A DNA stretch of 17,507 nt from an uncultured Porphyromonadaceae bacterium (GCA_947176925.1 CAMWSN010000038.1:1-17507), one strand, 5' to 3'. Positions 7,402 through 15,515 are shown, counted from the first letter of the stretch. Program-made: numbers and translations. Notes: generated by a model from the sequence alone, not told the origin.

Positions 7402-8694
7402 ATGGCTATAATTGATTGCGTCTCCTGGAGCCCGCAAGGCAGCGAGGTTATTTATGCTTATAAGTTTCCTCAGGATAATTTATCCACCTATACTCAACTG
7501 ATTGTTAACGAGTCACAAGTGGCCCTGTTATTCTCCAAGGGAGAACTCATGGGCAAATTCGGACCCGGAAAACATACGCTGAACACTGAAAACCTGCCTA
7601 TTCTGCGCAAACTTTACGGGCTTCCTTTCGGAGGTAAAAATCCGTTTACGGCTCAGGTATGGTTTGTAAACCTCATTGACACTTATAATATTCCCTGGGT
7701 CATAAGGAAGCTCGCCGTTCATGATGCGGACTACCAGACCAATCTGCCGTTGATGATTGACGGACAATATGGCGTCAGAATCACCGACCCGGAAAAATTC
7801 ATCATCAACATGGTCGGTACGCGCAACATTTACACTCAAAATGACCTCACCTCACAATTCGAGGGAGAATTCACGACCAAGGCCAAGTCAGCTATCGTCA
7901 GCTTCATGAATCAGAACCATATAGGCTACAAAAGCATCTCGGCCCATCTTGATGACCTTTCAAACATGCTCCGCTTCCAGCTCAGTGAGTTCTGGAAAAA
8001 CGTAGGCATCGAGCTGACTAAATTCTATGTTTCTGATATAGACATCGATACGTCAACTCCCGAAGGCAAAAAGGTCAAAGAAGCTATTGCCACTCAAAGC
8101 TCCATGTCAATCACCGGCCATACATGGCAACAGGAGCAGATGTTTGGCACCGCCAATAACGCCCTCAACAATATGACCGGCGGAGGAGGCAACGGTATGG
8201 GCGGAGGAGGTCTGCTCGGCGGACTGATGGCCATCAACATGATGAACAACATGAGCGGCGGCATGGGCGGCGCGGCCATGAATCCCCAGTTCCAGCAGCC
8301 TACGTTTGGAGGCGGACAGCAGGCCGGAGGCTATGGTGCCGCTCCCGGCGCTCAAGGCGGCGGAGGGGTCAAGATGGTCTATTGCTCCGCATGCGCTAAA
8401 AAGTTCCCCGCATCAATGGAATTCTGCCCTAACTGCGGCAATAAGTATCGCCCCTGTCCCAACTGCGGTTCTGACAATCCCGAATCGGCTAACCGTTGCG
8501 TCAACTGCGGAACCCCCCTGGCGGGAGCAGCGCCGAAATGTCCTCACTGCCATACGGTGATTCCCCAAGGATGTTCCTTCTGTCCCGGATGCGGAAGTCC
8601 CGTCATCACTGATAACAATACCTGCAGCCGATGCGGCTCAATGATTCCTCCGACGGCTAAATTCTGTCCGCGATGTGGCAACAAACGTTCTTAA
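7402..8694 (+). CDS. SPFH/Band-7-like domain protein (YdjI-like, PF13421-type) fused to a Gly/Met-rich linker and a four-zinc-ribbon C-terminus
   Basis: Residues 1-245 follow the YdjI/'virion core protein'-type SPFH pattern (FP...QLIVNESQVALLFSKGELMGKFGPGKHTLNTENLPIL...VWFVN...VRITDPEKF...IELTKFYVSDIDID). Nucleotides 8161-8367 encode a low-complexity G/M/N/Q-rich stretch. Nucleotides 8383-8691 encode eight CxxC pairs (CSAC, CPNC, CPNC, CVNC, CPHC, CPGC, CSRC, CPRC), which is four zinc ribbons. Confidence 0.75.
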   Translation: MAIIDCVSWSPQGSEVIYAYKFPQDNLSTYTQLIVNESQVALLFSKGELMGKFGPGKHTLNTENLPILRKLYGLPFGGKNPFTAQVWFVNLIDTYNIPWVIRKLAVHDADYQTNLPLMIDGQYGVRITDPEKFIINMVGTRNIYTQNDLTSQFEGEFTTKAKSAIVSFMNQNHIGYKSISAHLDDLSNMLRFQLSEFWKNVGIELTKFYVSDIDIDTSTPEGKKVKEAIATQSSMSITGHTWQQEQMFGTANNALNNMTGGGGNGMGGGGLLGGLMAINMMNNMSGGMGGAAMNPQFQQPTFGGGQQAGGYGAAPGAQGGGGVKMVYCSACAKKFPASMEFCPNCGNKYRPCPNCGSDNPESANRCVNCGTPLAGAAPKCPHCHTVIPQGCSFCPGCGSPVITDNNTCSRCGSMIPPTAKFCPRCGNKRS

Positions 8695-8704
8695 ATTATA
8701 TGCC

Positions 8705-9427
8705 ATGAATATCAAAGCTCTTTCATTGCTGCTTGGAATCTTCGGCCAAGGGCTCATTGCCGCCATATTCTTCTGGATTATCCCCGAATCACTGCCTACT
8801 GACGTCCGATGGCTTGACTTCATCGTGATTTCCCTTGTCTTCTGGCTCTGGATGTGGAACTTCGTCACTCCTCCGATTGACCTCCAGGACAAGAGCCAAA
8901 AACAGGTCGGCGGCTTGGGTCAACGCTGGAGCTCCATAGGGCTATATAGCCTTTTGGCAGTTCTCTTTGTTTGCTATAATCTCTATGCCGAACTCAGCGG
9001 CGATGCAACTCCACTGAAGTTCTCCCTGCAACTGATCATTCAGGCCATTTTCCTTTTCCTGCTCTTGGGTGGATTGCTGATTTCTCAGGGCATAACGCAG
9101 AAAACCGGCTCAGTCTATGCCTATGAGCAAACCCTCAAGGCAGGTAAAGCTGACTTGAAAGCGTCAATTCAGCAACTTCTCTATAAGGCTGAGGACTTTA
9201 AGGGAGTCCCCGCTGAAGTCAAGGACCGGCTGAAAAGAATTGCCGCTGAAACGCGCTACATCACTCCTTCCACCTCAGGCGCCTGTATGGCTTTGGATTC
9301 CGACATTGTCAAAAGCTGCGATATGCTCCGGTCATACATGGCTGACTATGAAGTCAATCAAAAGCAAATCAGCTCACTGATTGACCAACTTGAACGCGAC
9401 CTTAACCGACGCAGAAAAGCGATTTAA
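8705..9427 (+). CDS. integral membrane protein (about 4 TM helices) with a C-terminal cytoplasmic coiled-coil region
   Basis: The ORF track starts at 8675, overlapping the upstream gene. The in-frame ATG at 8705, just after the upstream stop, is the more likely start. I read four hydrophobic segments (LLLGIFGQGLIAAIFFWII, FIVISLVFWLWMWNFV, IGLYSLLAVLFVCYNLYA, LIIQAIFLFLLLGGLLI) and then a charged helical tail. Confidence 0.65.
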   Translation: MNIKALSLLLGIFGQGLIAAIFFWIIPESLPTDVRWLDFIVISLVFWLWMWNFVTPPIDLQDKSQKQVGGLGQRWSSIGLYSLLAVLFVCYNLYAELSGDATPLKFSLQLIIQAIFLFLLLGGLLISQGITQKTGSVYAYEQTLKAGKADLKASIQQLLYKAEDFKGVPAEVKDRLKRIAAETRYITPSTSGACMALDSDIVKSCDMLRSYMADYEVNQKQISSLIDQLERDLNRRRKAI

Positions 9428-9468
9428 TCATTTAATCACATAAACCAATTAACTAACAATCTAATCTA

Positions 9469-11550
9469 ATGGACGGAAAAATTTTCGCCGATTCCGCCAA
9501 TGTTTGGCAGGACCAGGCAAAAATCCTGTTCACCTATTACCGTCAGGCAGCTGAACGGATAGTAAGTGAAGAGGAACGAATCGAAGGACAAATAGCCCAA
9601 TTGGAAAAAGAAAAAGCCGCTTTAGAGGAAAAACTTTCCAAGGCTTGGGTTTATCTTTTCCTTCTGATTTTCCCCTATTTTATCGTTAAAAGTAATCTTG
9701 AGAAACAGATTGCCGGCATTGACGAGCGTATCAACGAATTCCGGAAGGTTCACGGCGAAATTTTCCGTGACTATAAGGTGAACAAATTGGGTGTGGCCTA
9801 CGTACCCGTAGCCGAGCAAGTGAAGTATCAGAACAAGAGCTTCATCGTGGACTTCACTCACTCAGTTCCGGAATCAGACATTTCGCTCTCTCTTTCTCGC
9901 CAAAATCAGCTCCTCATCGAAACCATTCACGCCCTTGACCATCTTGCCAAGGAAGCTCCCTTAGTTGAAACCTCCGAAGAAAGCGAAACCGTTGCTACAG
10001 ACGAATATTCCCTCTCGATTCAGGAAATCAAGGAGAATGACTATCTCGGTGCCCTTGAACGCTCGCTGCGCACCGTAGCTTTCTGTATGGACGATCTGGA
10101 GACGGCATCAGTCTCTCTTCCCTTGGTGCTTGATGATTCGCCCTATCTTCCGAAACTGGACCAATTTGCGACCGCCTCGCTCCCTGAAAACGCGCCGGTA
10201 GTTGAAATATTTGACAATACGGTGTATGCTCCCGGAGTGGAACGTTTCCGCGAAATCAACGAGCTTAAAAGCTCTCTCTCAAATGAAACGAGCCAGTTTG
10301 AGGAGATTCTCAAAGGACTGATGACCGCAATCGGCACCTCCGTTCAGACGATTGCCCGAATGAAGGTTGCGTCAGTTGATAAAGTGGTGTTGGAATCAAA
10401 CCGTCTTCTCTATCAAATCCTTAAAGCTCCTTATAATCACTACTCTCCCGCTCTTGAAGCCGAAGAAATCGAACGCATCCGTCACGAAGAATTTGACTAT
10501 GCTGAAAACATTCAGGAGTATGAACCCTTCCAGCTTCGCCAGTCATCCAGAGTGAAGTTTAACCCGATGTCCGGCACATGGGTGGCTGAAGACGGCTCGC
10601 AGACTATCCAGCCCTTCGGTATTCATCAGATGTATGAAGAAATCGTCGCTCCGATGGTTCAGAATCTCATGCAGGAAAACCGCATTGAGCGCCTGAAAAT
10701 CTATAACCACATCAAGGACCAAAAGATCAGCTACCTCAACAAATGGCATCAGGACACGGATGCCTTCTATCGCTCCAACCGCGCCGAAAGTGCTGACCTT
10801 ATCAACCTCATGCAGGCCACACTGACCGAATACGTCAGCGCCTTCAATAACCTCCTGGCCCTTCAGCGGACCGAACAGCAGATGGAAAATTCGGAAGGAA
10901 ACTTGGATTCAACGGTTGTAGACACCGTTGACAACACGGACGATTCAATCGCTGCATTCGAACTTCAAAGCCAGGAATTCCAGAAGTGTCAGAATGACTT
11001 TGAGGATTACATCGAACGCCTCAAAGAAGACATTGACCTTAAGGCCGCCAAGTTTGGACATGTTGAATACTTTGACGCCAAGCTGCGTGACGGTTATTCC
11101 AATTCCGTAGCCGTAGCCGCTGCAGAAATCCATGAAATGGATGACCGACGCAAAACCCTCGCTACCGTTAACCCCAAACTCGCCAAGGATTCCGAACTGC
11201 CCCCGCAGCCTCATGTCAGTGACCTCACTAACGAGCACTTCTCACTGAATCTGCCCGCAATGGTCCGCGAAGCTCTTGAAAGCCTCAACGGACCGATTGA
11301 AACCTACGTCCCTGACGCCGAACTTCAAGGAGAATCCAAAACGGAAATTCAGCCCGAACCTGATTTCCAGCCGGTAAATGATTTCCAACCGGAATTCCAG
11401 GGCGAACCGGAATTTATTCCGATGCCTCAGGATGAAGCAGGAATCCGGCCTGAAGAAACACCCCAGGAAGGACCTAAGCCTGAAACTCCCACTGAGGACA
11501 CTCCCATTGAGAAAAAAGACGATGAAGTTCCTCCCGTAGCTGAAAATTGA
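9469..11550 (+). CDS. large hypothetical protein (693 aa) with an N-terminal coiled coil, a single TM helix and an acidic proline-rich repeat tail
   Basis: A TM-like segment WVYLFLLIFPYFIV at residues about 59-73 follows an EKEKAALEEKL coiled coil. The C-terminal 70 residues are rich in E, P, Q and D, with PEPDFQP/NDFQP/EFQGEPEF repeats. Confidence 0.7.
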   Translation: MDGKIFADSANVWQDQAKILFTYYRQAAERIVSEEERIEGQIAQLEKEKAALEEKLSKAWVYLFLLIFPYFIVKSNLEKQIAGIDERINEFRKVHGEIFRDYKVNKLGVAYVPVAEQVKYQNKSFIVDFTHSVPESDISLSLSRQNQLLIETIHALDHLAKEAPLVETSEESETVATDEYSLSIQEIKENDYLGALERSLRTVAFCMDDLETASVSLPLVLDDSPYLPKLDQFATASLPENAPVVEIFDNTVYAPGVERFREINELKSSLSNETSQFEEILKGLMTAIGTSVQTIARMKVASVDKVVLESNRLLYQILKAPYNHYSPALEAEEIERIRHEEFDYAENIQEYEPFQLRQSSRVKFNPMSGTWVAEDGSQTIQPFGIHQMYEEIVAPMVQNLMQENRIERLKIYNHIKDQKISYLNKWHQDTDAFYRSNRAESADLINLMQATLTEYVSAFNNLLALQRTEQQMENSEGNLDSTVVDTVDNTDDSIAAFELQSQEFQKCQNDFEDYIERLKEDIDLKAAKFGHVEYFDAKLRDGYSNSVAVAAAEIHEMDDRRKTLATVNPKLAKDSELPPQPHVSDLTNEHFSLNLPAMVREALESLNGPIETYVPDAELQGESKTEIQPEPDFQPVNDFQPEFQGEPEFIPMPQDEAGIRPEETPQEGPKPETPTEDTPIEKKDDEVPPVAEN
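11353..11415 (+). repeat. imperfect short tandem coding repeats (gatttccagccg / gatttccaaccg / gaattccag...gaattt) encoding the (D/E)FQP motifs
   Basis: Read directly. They encode PEPDFQPVNDFQPEFQGEPEF. Confidence 0.5.
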
Positions 11551-11577
11551 TATTTACCTTAATCACTCAATAATTAT

Positions 11578-12498
11578 ATGTCCCATCATTTTGACTGTGT
11601 TATAGACACCTCCGAATTGGCTCACGAAGTCAGCTCGGTGAAGCATCATGTCGATGCTACGACGACGGCCGTTGTCGGAATGCAGGCTGCCGTGATTAAG
11701 GCCCAAAAAGAGGGTGCCGACAGAGTCTGCCGCAATGTCAATCAAGGCTTCTACGCCATGATTCATTCACAGATTTCTCAAAAAATGGCTACTCTGCAGA
11801 GCAAAGTTGACGCTCAGCTGATGCGCCTGAATCAACAGCGCAAACAGCTCCAAGCCATCCGCCAGCGCATGCAGCATGACTACATGATGATTTCCGCCCG
11901 CTACACCAAGCTCTTCAATGGACTCAACAGAAACCTCCGCCAACGGGTAACCGAACTTGACCGCCCGGTTCTGAATTTTGCAACCACCGAAACGGACAAA
12001 ATCATCAATCGCGGAAATCAGTTGGTTTCAGTAGTGCCCATCGGCCAGGGAGAAACAATCAAGACGAGCCAGAAAGTATCGGCATCAAACCTTAAGCGGC
12101 GCGCTGCCCAGGCTATTGAATCAATTGAACGATTCACCGTCAGCTCCCACACCCTTCAGCAAATCACTGATAAGATTCTGCTACACCGCTCCATGGAAAC
12201 TCCGACCGAAAAACTCTCAATCCCGGTCTGCATCATGGAAAGCAACATTGACGCTAACGGCAATGTCCAATCTCAGATTTTTGTCTCCAAGATAGGGCTC
12301 AACCAAGAAGTTGAAAACATGATTGAAACCCGCGTTTCAACTTCAATGAGAGAAAATAGTTTTGAATGGACTCAAAGCCCCGTGAATCCGGAAGTGGTCA
12401 ACTACTTCCGCCAGATGGTAATGGAGAGCGGACTTGACCCCCGACGTCAACAGCAAATCCTGCGGATGTTTGAATCAAATAAGTTTGAAACGTTATAA
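11578..12498 (+). CDS. hypothetical protein (306 aa), paralog A of a tandem pair
   Basis: It shares a clearly alignable core with the next gene (DYMMISARYTKLFNGLNRNLRQRVTELDRPVLNF versus DYQRLAERYTKIFTDLNNELENRIYAIDEPVFTS). It is predicted mostly helical/coiled-coil. Confidence 0.65.
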   Translation: MSHHFDCVIDTSELAHEVSSVKHHVDATTTAVVGMQAAVIKAQKEGADRVCRNVNQGFYAMIHSQISQKMATLQSKVDAQLMRLNQQRKQLQAIRQRMQHDYMMISARYTKLFNGLNRNLRQRVTELDRPVLNFATTETDKIINRGNQLVSVVPIGQGETIKTSQKVSASNLKRRAAQAIESIERFTVSSHTLQQITDKILLHRSMETPTEKLSIPVCIMESNIDANGNVQSQIFVSKIGLNQEVENMIETRVSTSMRENSFEWTQSPVNPEVVNYFRQMVMESGLDPRRQQQILRMFESNKFETL

Positions 12499-12510
12499 TA
12501 ATTTCTACTT

Positions 12511-13542
12511 ATGAGTTATACAAGACGTTTCAGTAGAAACATCACCGTCCATTACTCTGGCAATGTCAGCTATCCGCCCTCACAACATGGTGGCACGAAA
12601 TACTATAGCGGAAGCACCACTGAGACCATAAACTTTGAAGTGACTGTTGATACAGACCCTTTTGATGAGGAAGTTCATGAGATGAAGGGTCATGTCGACC
12701 TGCTGACCGGCTCTGTGGCCGCCACGGAGGCAGCCCACGTCAAGGTCATTGATGAAACATCACGCCAAATCGGCGATACAATCATCAGCGGATTCTTCAA
12801 GACGGTCAAATCCGACATTTCCCAGCAGGTTGCCGAACTGAAAAACAAGTCGGAAGCCCTATTGCTGCAACTTAACAAACTCGCCAAGCGATGCAATGAA
12901 AAGAAGCAGCAAATGGGAGTGGATTATCAGCGGTTGGCCGAGCGTTATACAAAGATCTTCACCGACCTCAATAACGAACTCGAAAACCGAATCTATGCGA
13001 TTGATGAACCCGTATTTACGTCAATCCGCGGAATTGAACGAACCGGCTCAATTACCGGACCCGGCGATCAGATTGCCACAGTCTCGGTAACTGCCGGAGA
13101 GCAATCCCGACTCCACTCCAAGATTGCCACCAACCTCACTAAAAAGCAAGCTATCAACGCTATTGAAAAGGGTCAGAAGTTCCTGACCGTTCAATACACC
13201 ACGGACCATATCCTTGGAAAATGTCTGCTTCCCCAGCGTAGCGGCGAAATGCTTGTCAGCCCCTACTGCTTAATTGAAACCACCGACGATAACGGTATCC
13301 GCCATCGCAACGTCTTTTCTTCACCGCTCTTAGAGGGTATAAACCCCGAATCCTTAGCTGAAAAAATTGACCCGATGATGAACACCTCAATCAGCGATTC
13401 CGACTTGAAAATTATCAGTGACTATTTCAACGCCAAGGTTGCTGATGAGATGGCCGGAGCATCTGATATTCATTCGCGCCGAGTGGCCGAGATGACATCC
13501 AAACTTTTTGATCTTTCACAAACCGCCACCCCCGGCGAATAA
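12511..13542 (+). CDS. hypothetical protein (343 aa), paralog B of a tandem pair
   Basis: It shares the same conserved core as 11578-12498 and starts 12 nt after the previous stop. Confidence 0.65.
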   Translation: MSYTRRFSRNITVHYSGNVSYPPSQHGGTKYYSGSTTETINFEVTVDTDPFDEEVHEMKGHVDLLTGSVAATEAAHVKVIDETSRQIGDTIISGFFKTVKSDISQQVAELKNKSEALLLQLNKLAKRCNEKKQQMGVDYQRLAERYTKIFTDLNNELENRIYAIDEPVFTSIRGIERTGSITGPGDQIATVSVTAGEQSRLHSKIATNLTKKQAINAIEKGQKFLTVQYTTDHILGKCLLPQRSGEMLVSPYCLIETTDDNGIRHRNVFSSPLLEGINPESLAEKIDPMMNTSISDSDLKIISDYFNAKVADEMAGASDIHSRRVAEMTSKLFDLSQTATPGE

Positions 13543-13563
13543 AATTTTACAAAATTTTTTACG

Positions 13564-14535
13564 ATGAATAAAGTTGAACTTAAAGAGATACGCTTTGACA
13601 GCACAGACGTTATCCTGAAAGATAACTTGGTGCGCGGAGCCATTCTCCCCCAAAAAATAGCGGAACTCAACCGCAACATCATCTTTGACGGAAACACTGA
13701 AGTTGAAGGAGCAATTTTCGGCCGCAACGTTAATGTGCGCGGAGGTGAAGTAGAAGTTCATGGAGCAGTATTTGCTCAAAAGGAATTCTATATTTCCAAC
13801 GATGTCAAAGGCGAAGTGAAATTCTTGAAAACAGTTGGCTCTGCCGGCTCGGTAACGGCCCGCACAACTAATTGCAAACCGATGTTCTGCTCCGACATTA
13901 ACGCCAAAAGCGTGACACTCTATAACTGCTACGTTGCGGGAAGCATCTATGCCGATGAAATCACCTTGGAAAACTGTGTGGTCATTGGCGGGGTGTTTGC
14001 CACTCAGGAAGCAAGCATCTGTAACAGCATCATCGGCACTTTCAACACTCCGCGAGTGACCCTCGACGGTACGGTGCAACTGCTTCTTCCCTCAGCATTC
14101 ACCATTGAGCAGCCACTGACCGGACCTAACACCCGCTTGTTTAACCTTTCGCTTGCTGATTTAGGCGCTCTTTTCCGCGGAATGCCCGAAGATTCTAATT
14201 CAGGCAGAATCCCGATGAATCTTGAAGCCGATGAAGTGAAGTCTACGTTGGTTGAAGGCGAAAAGCAATGCCATTTGCGCACGTTTACCGTAATTGGTAA
14301 GGTGCTTGCCGCTGACCTGATTGATACGGACAAGTTCCAAAACCACTTCCTGCTGACGGCCGCTTCGTTAGGCCCGCAACTGCTTAAAACCTATGATTTG
14401 GGAAATAATGCAGACGGATCGCCTGCGAAACTTGAATCAACGAGTATCTGCAACTTCATGTTTGACGTATTGTCAGGCAAAAAGGAACCTCGCGAAATTG
14501 ACGCGACATTCTCACTTGCCGACATAGCAAGATAA
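13564..14535 (+). CDS. bactofilin-like (polymer-forming, beta-helix repeat) protein with a roughly 150-aa C-terminal extension
   Basis: The N-terminal 180 aa consist of short degenerate beta-strand repeats rich in G, V, N and small residues (IFDGNTEVEGAIFGRNVNVRGGEVEVHGAVFA...VTLYNCYVAGSIYADEITLENCVVIGGVFA). This is the pattern of the bactofilin/DUF583 right-handed beta-helix. The antisense ORF at 13516-14079 is probably an artefact of the repeats. Confidence 0.45.
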   Translation: MNKVELKEIRFDSTDVILKDNLVRGAILPQKIAELNRNIIFDGNTEVEGAIFGRNVNVRGGEVEVHGAVFAQKEFYISNDVKGEVKFLKTVGSAGSVTARTTNCKPMFCSDINAKSVTLYNCYVAGSIYADEITLENCVVIGGVFATQEASICNSIIGTFNTPRVTLDGTVQLLLPSAFTIEQPLTGPNTRLFNLSLADLGALFRGMPEDSNSGRIPMNLEADEVKSTLVEGEKQCHLRTFTVIGKVLAADLIDTDKFQNHFLLTAASLGPQLLKTYDLGNNADGSPAKLESTSICNFMFDVLSGKKEPREIDATFSLADIAR

Positions 14536-14550
14536 TTTTCCTAACAGCAT

Positions 14551-14581
14551 AAAAAAAACCGGGTTTAACCCGGTTTTTTTT
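14551..14581. terminator. bidirectional rho-independent terminator (A8-CCGGGTTTAACCCGG-T9)
   Basis: A GC stem CCGGG/CCCGG with a 5-nt loop, flanked by an A-run upstream and a T-run downstream. It lies between convergent genes, so it can terminate both module 2 and the minus-strand FKBP gene. Confidence 0.6.
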
Positions 14582-15476
14582 ATAGGATTTCAACGGTCAT
14601 GTAGACGCTTTCGCAGGGGCCGACGCCGGCATCCGGATTGCCCTGGACGCCGTAGGCATATTCATAGGGGATAAAGAATTTGGCTTTTTGGCCGTGGCGC
14701 ATATATTTGAGCACTTCGGTCAACATCGGGTTAAATCCGCGGGCAGGGAACATGGATCTTTCAACTTGATGATCAATCGGCTCACCGTCAAGGCGCAAAA
14801 CCGTAAAGTTGACTTTCACTCGTTCGTCAGGAGCAAGCAGGTCACCGGTGCCTTCTTCTTCAATATTGCAATAAATACCTGAGTTTTCAATCTGCGTAAA
14901 GTCAGAGTTTGATTGGAAAGCGGAGGCGATGCTTTGGGCCATCGTGCGATTTTGTTCGGCTTCGGGAGTATTGTAAATCTCTTTTTCGAGCTCCTGCTGC
15001 TTGCGGGTGAATATTTCATTAGCGATCTGTTCATATTGCATACTCATCTCCTGCACCTGACTGGCATCAATGCTGTCAAGTCTGAGTGAACTCATAACGG
15101 TTTCCATAAATTTTCCTTTGTCCAGGGGCATCTGTGAGGAGGTCTGAGTGTAAGCTTGAAGGATACCCATTCCGATATTAAGACCATAGACATAGCTCAT
15201 TTCCGTCGAATCGGCAATCATAACCTGGCGGATACCGCGCTCAAAATCGCTCATATTGAATTTTTCGGAAAATTGAGGGTCCTGATGAATCGCAAAATTA
15301 AAGTAGGCACCCACAAAAGTACCCTGAATTGCAATCACGGAATCTTCAAAGGTCTTGGCGTTCTCCAAACGCTCCGCAAGCAGAGCCTCGATAGATTGAT
15401 TTTCAGCAGTTTTTTTCTCACCGCTACAGGAGCAAATCAGCGCAGCCGCCACAGCTCCAAAAATTATTTTTTTCAT
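14580..15476 (-). CDS. FKBP-type peptidyl-prolyl cis-trans isomerase (FkpA-like) with an N-terminal signal/lipoprotein-like peptide
   Basis: The N-terminus is MKKIIFGAVAAALICSCSG, a signal peptide with Cys residues that may include a lipobox. The C-terminal approximately 110 aa form an FKBP domain (VKVNFTVLRLDGEPIDHQ...GFNPMLTEVLKYMRHGQKAKFFIPYEYAYG). Confidence 0.75.
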   Translation of the reverse strand: MKKIIFGAVAAALICSCSGEKKTAENQSIEALLAERLENAKTFEDSVIAIQGTFVGAYFNFAIHQDPQFSEKFNMSDFERGIRQVMIADSTEMSYVYGLNIGMGILQAYTQTSSQMPLDKGKFMETVMSSLRLDSIDASQVQEMSMQYEQIANEIFTRKQQELEKEIYNTPEAEQNRTMAQSIASAFQSNSDFTQIENSGIYCNIEEEGTGDLLAPDERVKVNFTVLRLDGEPIDHQVERSMFPARGFNPMLTEVLKYMRHGQKAKFFIPYEYAYGVQGNPDAGVGPCESVYMTVEIL

Positions 15477-15507
15477 ATCAATAGGTAAAATTACAGAATT
15501 TCGCGTG

Positions 15508-15515
15508 CAAAGTTA
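15508..15515 (-). promoter_or_regulatory. -7 box (TAACTTTG on the minus strand) for the FkpA-like gene
   Basis: The minus-strand sequence is CGTAACTTTGCA, the same 12-mer as in the GH3 promoter. It lies about 32 nt upstream of the ATG. Confidence 0.3.

Noticed and set aside
8675-8704. ORF-track start of the membrane protein at 8675, overlapping the SPFH gene by 20 nt
   Set aside because: The in-frame ATG at 8705 sits right after the upstream stop and starts the protein with a normal pre-TM segment. The upstream extension is probably read-through of the open frame, though the overlapping start cannot be excluded.
13516-14079. 187-aa minus-strand ORF overlapping the bactofilin-like gene
   Set aside because: It is antisense to a repeat-rich beta-helix coding region, its product has odd Cys/His/Phe-rich composition, and no promoter is visible. 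It is most likely an artefact of the periodic codon pattern on the sense strand.
15156-15488. 110-aa plus-strand ORF and other small ORFs (14688-14882, 14816-15034) inside the FkpA-like gene
   Set aside because: They overlap a well-supported FKBP gene on the opposite strand and show no sequence features of real proteins.
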